Position numbers and translations under genes: made by a program. A stretch of 64,000 nucleotides of DNA from Piromyces finnis finn. Lineage: Eukaryota > Fungi > Neocallimastigomycota. The notes below the pieces were generated by a model. That model saw only the letters and a program-made list of their open reading frames with translations. It was not told where the DNA came from and made no database searches. This document shows, piece by piece, positions 1 through 11,700 of this stretch. The stretch covers positions 372,001 to 436,000 of the forward strand of contig MCFH01000036.1 of assembly GCA_002104945.1 (NCBI GenBank), written 5' to 3'. Numbering within the stretch: the first letter of the stretch is position 1; every line of letters starts with the position of its first letter.

Positions 1-3000
1 TAATAAAATTAAAAAGCTTTATTTATTATATGAATTCAATTATTTTATTTTATTTTATTTTATATTTTTTTGAATATCTATTCTGAAAGATGTTAATATA
101 AAATATTTTTCAAAATAAAGTTCAAGTATAAAAGAAAGTTTTTTTTATCTTTTTCAAACTACTGTTGTTAAAAGAAATCTATTAACATTTATAGTTTTTT
201 TTTGAATTGATTTATTAAATCTTAAATTCTTAATCTTGCATATTTTAATATTAAACAATTTACTTTTATGAGTTTTTTTCATTAAAATCACAATTAATAA
301 ATGCAAAGATTATTAAATTTTTAAAAAAAAAATTATAGAGTTAAAATATTTTATATTTTATATCTTATTACTTTTGATATTTTTAATTTAAAAATAACAC
401 AATATTATAATTAGTTTTTTTTTCTTTTCTTTTTTAAAGAAAACAATTTTATTTCTTTCAAGTTATTATTTTTTTGTGATTATTTTTTATTTTAATTTTT
501 TTAATAATTATTTTAGTTATTTCTCAGTATTAATAATAATTTTAACTTATTAATTTTTAAATTGAACTTTATTAGGAAAACAGTTATCAATACCTAAAAA
601 CCTTATTTAATAATATAATTGAATATTACTATAAATGTTATATAAACATAAATTAATGTAATATTGGAATAGATTATAATGTAGTTTTTTAGTACATTTT
701 ATTTAGTACATTAGTGTATTTATCATATTTTTATAATCATGTGATAAATTAAAGTATTTATAGTATTTAATATAAACAGTTAAACAAACTTTATAGTTAG
801 ATTTTGGTATAAATTAGTAGAAAATATAGTAAATTAGTCTCTATCTAAGAATATAATAGTTAGGAGAAGATATTCTTAAGATCATATAATATTAAGTATG
901 TATTTGAATAATTTATAAATAAAGTATATAAGTCAACTCACAAATCCTGAGTGTATTGAACCGAGTTGTATCAAATACTAATAAAAATATATTAAATTCT
1001 AATTTTAAATGAGCTAATGCATGTAAAAAATATGTATTGCTTAATCAAGCAAATTGGACAAATATATTTATATATCAATTAACAATTAATCTAATTCATA
1101 ATATTTTATTAACTATTTTTTTAAAAGAAATAGAGAACTAGTATTTTTCTTTTTTTTTTTTTTGTTTTAATTTTTATGTACCTTTTTTTTTTCTTTTCCT
1201 TTTTTTTTTTATAAGAATAGAGTATTCATTTTATTCATTAATCATTTATATTTTTTAAAAGTTGATGCACTTTTCATTTTAAATTGAAATTATAAAATTG
1301 TTACACAACAATTTCTAATTAAATTTAATAATTAAATGAATACATATAAAGATTAAGTAGATCTATTAATTTATATAAATGAATGTATTATTATTTATAT
1401 TAATAAATAATTAATATTAAATAAAAACATAAAAACTTTAAAACTTTAAATAGTCATTACCAAAAAATAAATAAATAAATAAATAAATAAATGAATTTTA
1501 AATATTTAATTAATTAAAATTAATGAATATATTTAATAAATAAATAAATAAATAATAATAAAATTAATTATTAGAATTTTAAAAACAATTAAAGCGTTCA
1601 ATTGATTTAAATACATTTAAATATTTTATTTATTTATTTAAATACTATTTATACTTATTTTAATTAAAAAAAAAAATTAATTAAAAAGAAATGATTAAAA
1701 AAGGAAATCTTTTTTGTAATTAAAAGTCATATTTTCATCAGTGTAAAACGGTAGAACGCTGAATAAATAGTATTAAAATCTTTATTCTATTTTTATTTCT
1801 ATAGATGGTTAATACCCATGAAATAATTATAACCAACTAAATAAGTAACCTATAAACTAAAAAAGTAGTAATATTCAAAGTACTTTGCAATAAATATGCT
1901 TTTTAAATAGTATTGTATTTATGGATTCCATTTAATTAAATATATTTAATTAAATATTAATTTTTTTTATATTAATAGGATATAAAAGGAAATCTTTTAT
2001 ATTATCTTAAACGACCAATTTGTTGATGAAACTGTCACACTGCTTATCATGAGAATAATTTAAGGTAACAATGCTAGCAACAACAATTGATAAAGGTAAT
2101 GAATTTGTTGCGGAACAAATTTAGAATTCTATCTCTATAGAAGTTGGTAAATATTTTATTATTTTATCTTTGTACATAAATAGTTATTTTTTTTCATATT
2201 TTATACTAGAGATATGTCATATATAGCTATATTACAAATCATACCAGGCAGTACTACCTAAAATTTATTATTAATCTTTTTTATACAAGTTAAATAGTTA
2301 TGGTAACAATATCGTAAAAATTTGTTGTTTAATTACTTTAAAGGATGAGTTTTAGAGAAAAGTAAAATCGAGTAAAATAATAGTATTATAAAAGAAGAAT
2401 TAAAAAATGTATTTTACCATAGAGTGTTTCTATTCTTTTTTTATTATTATTTTCTATTACTTGAATAATCTTGGTAATAAAAGGTTTTTTATTCATATAA
2501 TATTTATTACAAAAAATAAAAAACTTTTAATGAGAAATCAAAAAGGTCCTTTTTTTTTATTTCTTCATTTTTACATAAATATTCTAATGAAATAGAAAAA
2601 ACAAAAGTAAAAAGATAATAATAAATATTAAAAGTGCTGCTATTTTTGAAGGCCTTTTTTTTTTTTGAATTCTTCTAAAATAAAGTGAATACTTTTTCTT
2701 TTTTAAAAAAAAGGAGGTTCATTTTGTTATTATTTAAATGAACAAATAAATTAATAAATAAATAAATGTGTATCATATTTAATTAATATTTATTAATATT
2801 ATATCTTCTATTCATTTATTTATTCAACTATTCTTTTATAATCCGTTGAAATATTTTCAAAAACCTCTTACATATTATAGTATATTTGATTATATGTATT
2901 ATTAAATTGAATATATAAAAAGAATTAATTATGAATTGAATTAATATGAATTACGATTTCATAAATATAATATATTAATTATATATTTTTTTAATTAACA

Positions 3001-4892
3001 TTTTTTTTATATAATAGAAATAAATAATAAAATATAATAAATATATTCTCATATATATATTGTAATATATTGTGGGATCATACAAAATATATGAATAAAT
3101 TATTTTATTAATAATTAAAGTTATTAATCATTTAATTAATAAGGTGAAAAATCGATTTATTTATTTCTACATATATTATAATACAATTCGTATATATCAA
3201 CACAAATTCCATCTATTTAAATATATGCTAAATAAATATATTGAATTTTTATTGGATAAAATACTTCTAATTAAATCGTAGAAAAAATAAAATTTAAAAA
3301 AAAAATAAATTGATTCATATATTAAATAATATATTAAAGTCTATCTTTTTATTGATTATTATATATACGATTTATTTTTTTTTTTGTAATTTTTTTTAAT
3401 TATTCATTGTTTTTTTATTCTGTAAAATTAAATAGACAAAGTAATATTCTGTAAATGCAATATATTCTAATATATATTCTAATATATTATTATATCACTT
3501 TTCAATTTTCAATTTTTTTTTTTAAAAAATAAATAAATAAAAAGAAAACTTTTTCTTTTTTTTTTTTTCTCTAAAATAATTTTTTTTTTAAAAATTAGAG
3601 TAAACTTTATTTACTGAAATAGCTTTTAATTTATATTAAGAGAAAAATAAGAAAAATTCTAATTAACTTTTACAAAATAAAGCAAAGATTACTTAGAAGC
3701 TAAAATCATAAAGTATTAAAAAAGAGAGAAAAAAAATAAAAAATAGTAAAATAAAAATATTTTCACATCACACAACTTCACACTAGCTTAATATAGTATT
3801 TACTATTTTCTTTTTTTTTTTTTTTTATATTATTAAAAGATTTTTTATTTTTTTATTTTTTTTTAAATATTATTAAGAAAAGCGTATTTTTTGATATAAT
3901 TTATTTTTTTTCAAAAACGATTTTATATTAATATATCATATAGTCAAAGATAAATATAATATTCATTAAAAGAATATCATTTATTAAAATTATAAATATA
4001 TAGTATAAAATTAGCTCTCATTAAGCACTAATATTGAAAAATAATAATTTAGTATATCAATAAAAATAAAGATTTAATCTAATAACTATTGAAGAGAAAA
4101 TATATTAAAAAAGAAAAATTCATTGAAATTCTTAAAAAATATATTTAAAAACATTCAAATAGCAAAAAAAAAAAAATTGAAATAAAAATTTTTCTTTAAA
4201 ATAATAAAAAGAAAAAAAATAATAAAAACGAAAAACAAAATAAAACAAAAACGAAAAGAATTTAAATAAAAATTCAAACAAAATCAAAAGCAAAATAATA
4301 AACAAGAAAAAAAGAAATAATAATAATAAAAAAAACAATAACAATTTTATTTATAAGAAAAATAGTTTATACACAATAAAATACCAATTTATTATTGTTT
4401 TTAATTATTTAAAAGTATTTTTTAATTATAAAAATATAGAATAATAAAAAATAATAATAATTAATATTTTATAAAACGATATAACGCATATAACTTATAA
4501 AGAAACAGGAAAAAGAAAGATTATATATATTTAAATCTTCTTTTTTTATTATTTTAATTATTTATTTTAATTTATATTTATACATTTTTTTTAATTAATT
4601 ATCTACAAATTAATTTGTAAATATTATTCGGCAAATTAACATTTAACTTTTTTTTTATATTAGTTTTAAATTAATTTTATTATATTTAATTATTTCATTT
4701 ACTTTATTATTGAAAAATTAGCATTATTTATCATTTATTTATTAATTTAATTCATTACTTATCAATTAAATATTCATAATCATTAATTATTATCCGATAG
4801 GAGTTTAAGAGTAAAAATATTACAAAAATAAAAATTAAAAAATAGTTTAAAGATAAATAATAAAAGTTTTTATAATTTAAAACGACGTTAAA

Positions 4893-6836
4893 ATGGTTAA
4901 AGAAAATACTGAACAACCAGCTTTAGCAAATTCTGCTTCAGTTTCCAGTCTTAAGGAAAAAAAGGCAAAGGATGCAAAAAAGTTAAAAAACAGAGTAAAT
5001 ATAATATATTAATTGTGTTATAAAGAACTTAATAAATAAAATTTATTATGTATATCTAATAGTAAATTAATACATATAACTTTAAAACATTTATTTTAGA
5101 GAAGTAAAATGAAATTAAATAATAAGAAAAGTTTAGCAGAATTAACTAAACCAGAATTAAAACTTCAACAAGAAATGCTTAAGGTCTGGAAAAGTACTAA
5201 CACTAGTATTACTGGTGCTCTTGAAAAGGGTAGAGAAGCTGATATTTATACTTCTTCCTTAAAAGCTATTATTTCTTATGTAATTATGAAGAAAATGTTC
5301 CTTTCTGTTAGAGATATTTTAAGTGAAAGTTCAGTTGAAAGTTTAAGTACTTCATTTGTTATTAGATTTGTTAAAAAAGCTAAGGAATTTGGTAATCCAT
5401 TTGAAACTGATGATGAACATACTGCTTTAATTTTAGTTTCCCTCCGTTATCATTTAGAACCATATACTATTGCTGGAGCAGCCTGGAAGTTAGCTGAAGG
5501 TGATATTAACAGAGCTCTTGCCCTCTTATGTCCAAAGCATTACTCTATGAAAAATAGAGATTTTGAATTTGTTGGTCAAGAAGCTGCCTACTTAAGAGCC
5601 TACTGGAAAGGTGGTATTAAGCTTAACGATCCAGATAACGAAAAAATGGACAAATTATCGAAAATTGCTGATAAATTTGATGATAGTATGATTACTGTTT
5701 GGAAACGTCTTTATTCTTGTGTTAACAAATCCAATAACCCAATGGGTGTTAATCAATTCGTTAATATGTTAGGTGGTTTATCCTTAAATGGTTTCTGGTC
5801 AATGGAAACTTTAATTGAACTTCTTCAAAGAGTATTAACTTTAGATTGGTTAGATAAACGTTTTGGTGACTCTGGTAGAGTTGTTAGTCGTATATGGAAA
5901 AGACTTTACTCAACTACAAACAATGTTATTAATCGTCAAGAACAAAAAGAACTCACTGATGAAGAATTATTGAAGAATGGCCTTAAGGATTTAAAACTTT
6001 CAAGAACTGGACTTACTCTTGATTCTGCTAAGAAAAGTAATATTATTAATGAATTAGAAAAGAAGCGCGAATTTGTTGAACGCCTTAGTATTGCTTGTGA
6101 ATTAACACCATACAAGAAGAATGAAATCGCTATGTACTTTGATTTACCAGAATTATATGGTGCTGCTTCTCATTATGTTATGGTTGATGAAGATCCAATT
6201 ATTAATCAATTCCTTCGTTACTGTGGTCCATGTAAGAAGTATCCAATTTACTATGCTCGTGAAGCTCTTAAGTTAACTGACCATCATTTAACCAAGACTT
6301 TAGATATGCTTGCTTGGTGGAAGGAATATCGTAATCCATTTATTATTTCAGCTGATAAGTTCTGGGAATTAGCTCTTCAAACCTGTGATTTAGATGAAGA
6401 AATTATATATGAAAACTTTGGTAATATTGACGATTTTAATGGTTTAATGGAAGAATTAATTAAAAATGAATCATTCCGTTGTAAGGAAGAACTCGAAAGT
6501 GAAGAAAAGAAATTCATTAAGGTCTTTACTCAATTAGCTAATGGTGGTGATGAAGATAGCACTAAGACCTATAGTAAAGGTCAAGAAGAAAGTGATGATA
6601 AAAAATCAACCTCTGTTTACAAACCACCAAGCAAACGTGGTATTTATGGAGTAACTCATGCTTCTGTTATTCATAAACGCCATTCTATGAATTTCAATAG
6701 AAAAGATTCCTTCAGTGAAGATGCTACCGAATTACCAAAAACCGAAGGTGAAGCTGCTGATCAATTATTCGGAAATAATGATGACGATGATACTGCTGCT
6801 TCTCTTTTAAATCCAGTTGCTGCTGATCAATTTTAA
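4893..6836 (+). CDS. Hypothetical helical protein (~612 aa), 2 exons (4893-4994, 5100-6836), with UBA-like motifs
   Basis: The 575-aa ORF 5109..6836 extends in frame through a GT-AG intron (4995-5099) to an ATG at 4893 (MVKENTEQPALANS...). Codon usage (aag, cgt, ggt, ttc, tac) looks like a genuinely expressed gene. No family recognised with confidence. Confidence 0.8.
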
Positions 6837-7866
6837 ATTTAGTTTTTTTTTATAAAAATTATAATAATCAAATAACAATGATTACTTTAGTGGTTATTTT
6901 CAATAAGATAAAAAAAAGAATCATTTACCCAATTTTTTATTTATACATATTTGTGTAAATAAAACCCTTGTTAAGATTATCTAATATAATTAATTATTAA
7001 AAATAAATAGGGTAAGGTTTTAATTTAATTATAGATTATTATATATAAATAAATTATAACTCTATATTAAAAATGATACTAATATGTATTTATATAATAT
7101 AATATAATATATATGTAATTATTAGGTTAAAGCATTAAAATAGTATTCAATAGGGTAAAAAGTATTTAAGGATACAAATTTTTATTTTTTTTATTCAAAT
7201 TAGAAAAACAATATAGTAAATTTTTTTTATTGAGTTATTAGTTTTCGTCTACAATAATAGAGTTAAGGGAAAAAGAAAAGAGAAAACTAATGAAAAAAAA
7301 TTGAAAAGGGGAAAATAACACACTAAAATGATTTATGCATATTTATTATTATTTAATTATTTTTTTTTAAATGTTTTTAATTTTTAAAAAGAAAAAATAT
7401 TTTATTAAATATATCTTTGGTAATATTTTTTATTTTTTAAACTCACACATTCATTATAAAAACATATCTTACCATGTATATATTTTAAAATCTTTTTTCT
7501 TTTCATATTAACAATTTTATTTTATATAAATCATTTTAATTCGTATTTATATATATATATTTAGTTTTAATTATTTTATTACTAATAATTCATTGCACAT
7601 ATTAATAAAATTTAAAAAAAAAAAAAAAAAATTGAAAAATTTTTATATAAAGAATTATTTGTGTAGAATGTGAAAGTTTTTAATGAATTATCTTTTGGAT
7701 TTAAGAAAAATATGGTATTTTTGAAAAATTATGATTTTTTAAATATTTGGTAATAATAATATTAATTTTGGTAATCAATTTGACTTTTTTTGTGGTAGAA
7801 GTTTTGAGTTGATTTAATTTTTATTTAGGATATGATTTAGATGAATTTATTAAATGGAATAAAATC

Positions 7867-7878
7867 TACCGTGAGCTA
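7867..7878 (+). repeat. Outer target-site duplication TACCGTGAGCTA (partner at 19143-19154)
   Basis: Exact 12-bp direct repeat flanking both LINE copies; the right copy directly follows the poly(A) of copy 2. Confidence 0.9.
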
Positions 7879-7890
7879 CCCTCTTGGAAT

Positions 7891-8138
7891 CCCTCTTGGG
7901 AACGTGCCTTCATTTATTTAATAAATGTAGTTTCTCAAGGGGGTCTACTCATGCTCATGGTACTGAGAGAGTAGAAAGAATTAAATCCAAGTATTGCGCA
8001 ATGGATGCTTGGTGCCCTCTTAGGAATGTGCCTTCATTTATTTAATAAATGTAATTTCTCAAGGGGGTCTACTCATGCTCATGGTACTGAGAGAGTAGAA
8101 AGAATTAAATCCAAGCATTGCGCAATGGATGCTTGGTT
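7891..8138 (+). repeat. Two tandem 124-bp 5' monomers of LINE copy 1 (one monomer in copy 2, ~13579-13702)
   Basis: CCCTCTT starts recur at 7891 and 8015; ATTGCGCAAT recurs at 7993 and 8117 (period 124); the units differ by a few substitutions. Confidence 0.95.
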
Positions 8139-8781
8139 AGTCTTTAAGGGAAAATTATTAAGACTAAGCTCATGGTACTGAGCGATTAAAAAACATTTTA
8201 TTCATCAAATTTAAGTATTTGATGAATAAGTGAATGTTTGATTTTTCAGGTAAGTTTGTATAGTATTTAATTAGAAGAGTAATACATTTTGTTGCTGTAT
8301 TTTTTCTTTTATTCATGTATTCATGTAGTACTACTCTTCTCTTGTAAGAATCCAATGTAGTCAACTTTAGCATTTGCATTGTACTTTTATATTCATGTAG
8401 CTATTGTTGTATTGTTTCTTGTAAGAGACTGATTCACTCTACATCATGTAAAAATACTATTCACAAGCTTTCTGGTGTCGACATTCTTGATTCAAATTTT
8501 TTACCAATTTAAATATTTAATGAAAAGTAAAGTCAAACAAGTTTAGTGTCAAAAAGCGAATCGAATTTACTAACAACAAACCAAAACTAGAATTTTTAAA
8601 GAAAATTTACAACTAGAATTCAAAAAAAAGAAACTTTAAACAAAGCATCGTAACAATTTTTGTACTATCCAGTACTTTTAAGAAGAGAGAGAGAGACAGA
8701 TTTTTTTCCATATACGTTATATTTGTAATTTTTATTAGTATTTATTTTATATTCAATATTTTTTAATTAGAATTTATTATC

Positions 8782-11700
8782 ATGTCAGTCCTTTATATTA
8801 AAGATAAGAATTATATCAGACGTGGTACCCGGTCTTATGGTATCCCCTTAGATGATATTCGCTCCTTCTTTATCCGTGGTATTCGATCATGGTCAGTAAA
8901 TATGCTATGGGAAAAACTCGAGGTTATTCTAGAAGATAAATTTAATTCAGTTATTAGTGTTAAATATTTTCAAACTTTCAATGATCACTTTTTCTTAGTC
9001 AAGGTTCATGGTTCATCAAAAGATTGTATTAAAATCTTACACATGTTAAAGAAGAAACTTTCAGTTACCTCAATTTCCTTTTCAGCTCGTAGTAGAAGGA
9101 ATCACAAATACACTTTTTCCACTCTCAAACGTAAAATTTTAGTTTCTAATAAACATCAACATTCTATTCAACAATCATTTCAACAATCAGTTCAACAATC
9201 TCATCAACAATCCGATCTTCAACAAGATCTTCAACAGGATCTTCAACAAGTTTCCCATCATGAAAATATTCCAGATCTACAGCAAACACAATTTCAATCT
9301 CAACATTCAACAATTAATTCTAATAGTTCTATCAACTCTGATAACAGTTCAATAGTTGATAGTTCTTCAGTTTCACAGCCATCTAGTAATAGTTCTACTT
9401 ATTCCTCTGATGCATCATCCATTAATAACGATGACTTTAATAATAATAATAATAGCAACGATTCTTCCTCATCCAACAAGCCTGATAACTTTTCTTTTTG
9501 TCTTAGTTGGAACACCAATGGGTGGAATCATGAAAAGAGGGATAGTATTAGCTATTTCACAGCTATTTTCAAACCATTATTCTTATGTTTCCAAGAAACT
9601 GGTAATGGTTCTGGTTCGAATACAGATTATCCTTGTCGTGTTACTTTGCGAAACTATAGACACTTTTTCAAGAAAGCTGACGAATCAGTTCCGGGAATGA
9701 GAGGTTTATATTTAGGTTTTCACAATTCGTGTCAAGCCTCACTTGAAAACTTCTCTGGAAAGTATATTATTTCTATTTATACTTTTAGTCTCTGGAATAG
9801 ATTCAAATGCTCGATTGGAAATGTTTATATGCCTCATAGTCATCACAACATCTATGTTGATCATGCAAAGTTAGAAGTTCGCTTGTGGTTACAAACTCAT
9901 TCATCCCATCCATCGATTCTTGTTGGTGATTTTAATATGTCTAAAGTAAAATTATCCAACTGGTTATCAACTAATGGATTAGGAGATTGGGAAATTCTTC
10001 CGCTTAGAGGGTCTACTATCTCTTGGACTCGAGGTGATCAATCTTCCGACATTGACCATGCTCTTATCAATTCGAAGATGAAAGATCTTATTCACTCAGG
10101 ATCATTTATAAATAATTTTTATCCTGTATCAGACCATAAGCCACTTCTTATTAATGGTAAAATTATTCCTATGGAAGATTTTTCTAATGACTTTAACGTT
10201 CCTAAGAAAATTCTGAAATGGAATAGATTAAAATGTACTGAGGAAAAGGAATCTATTCTCAGTCATAATAAATTCCAAATACTTTCAGCAAAATTCAACG
10301 ATCCTAATGCTTCTACAGATGAACTTTCCAAAGAATTTACTTCAACTGCTTTTTCAATTGCAGACGAGCTCAGTATTACCTCAGCAAATAATGTTATAAA
10401 GTCTTCATTTCATATTTCACAACAAATTTTTAATCTCCAAAAAATCAAAATGAAGTTGTATAAGAGATTTAAAAAAGAAAGAATTTATGATATAGATGAA
10501 TTTATTAAAAGAATTAAAATCTACCGTAAGCTCATTGATTACATCCACAAAAGATGTAATGAATTTAGGAAGCAAGAATATCTTCATTGGATTAAAACAG
10601 GATGTGAGTATATGAAGAGTCATAATCCTAAGAAGGCCTGGAAATGGATCAAAAAAACTGCAAAAATTGGAAAAGATTCTTTCTTTATTGCTCAACCAAT
10701 TAAAAACAAAAATGGAGAATTAGTTGTTGCTACGGAAGAACAACTAGATGTGTGGCATGATCATTTCGAAAATCTTGCATCAGATCCAAGTGGTGTAAGT
10801 CTTGATTTGGAGCATTGGTATGAAGAACCAACGAATAAACGTTTTTCACTTCCTATGCTTGATGAGTGGGATATCAACCAAGATATTAGTATTGATGAAG
10901 TCAAGTCAGCTATCCTCTCTACTCCAAATTATAAAGCATCAGGTCCGGATGGTATTCCAATTGAATTTTACAAAGCATTAATTCCATCAAGTAATGATTC
11001 TAATAATGCTACAGATAATAATTCTTCTGGTAATACTACTTCAGATAATGATGCTCATGGTTTAAATTTTATTCTTAAATTATTTAACCGTATTTGGGAT
11101 GGAGATTTCCCCAACTCATGGAATGAATCCAGTATTGTTTCTATTCCTAAGAAGGGAGATTTGACAGATTGTGATAACTATCGAGGTATATCACTTATCA
11201 ATAATGGTATTAAGTTGATCTCCAAAATTGTCACCACTAGAATCTCAGAATATGGTCTAAAGAATAATTTCATTAGACCTGAACAATTTGGTTTTCGAAA
11301 AAAGGAAGAAAGTATCAGTCTTTTCATTTCAATCCAAGAAATATGCCGTAGACGTCAATTAGATAATAAAGAGACATATTTGGCCTTTTTAGATCTCAGG
11401 AAAGCATACGATTCAGTCCCAATCGGTAATATTCTCCATAAATTAGATTGTTTAGGAATCCGAGGTAAGAGTTTACAATTTATCAAAAATTTATATTTAA
11501 CATCTAAGGCTAATGTCAAATTAGATGGACAATTCTCGAAATCTTTTGATGTGAAGAAAGGAGTCCGTCAAGGTTGCCCTCTTTCTCCTATTCTCTTTAA
11601 TCTCTTTATTAATGATATATTTAGAGAGTGCGAAGATCTAGGAGTCAGTTTAGGTGACACTCGATGCTGTGGTGGACTTTTTGCAGATGATATAGTTATT

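Noticed and set aside
1990-2350. Slightly GC-richer patch with TIDKGNEF, reminiscent of integrase/transposase DNGxEF
   Set aside because: Only a 6-8 residue resemblance amid stops; no other DDE motifs or terminal repeats were seen.
2407-4344. Short F/I/L/K-rich ORFs in AT-rich intergenic DNA (also 25743.., 41349.., 48905.., 51008.., 56111.., 60990..)
   Set aside because: Compositional artefacts or antisense to real exons; no recognisable motifs.
7891-8014. The monomer contains the words CGTGCCT, TGTAGT, CTACTC and CTGAG in the order found in the SRP/7SL Alu domain; hammerhead and HDV folds were also tried
   Set aside because: Spacing and pairing partners differ from the Alu fold. No CUGANGA core or HDV L3/J4-2/P2 arrangement was found on either strand. 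Treated as coincidence pending an Infernal search.
8170-8379. Antisense ORF in the LINE 5'UTR (69 aa here, 99 aa at 13643..13942), a possible ORF0 analogue
   Set aside because: The two copies switch frame relative to each other after ..YTNLPE through 1-nt indels, so the peptide is not conserved.
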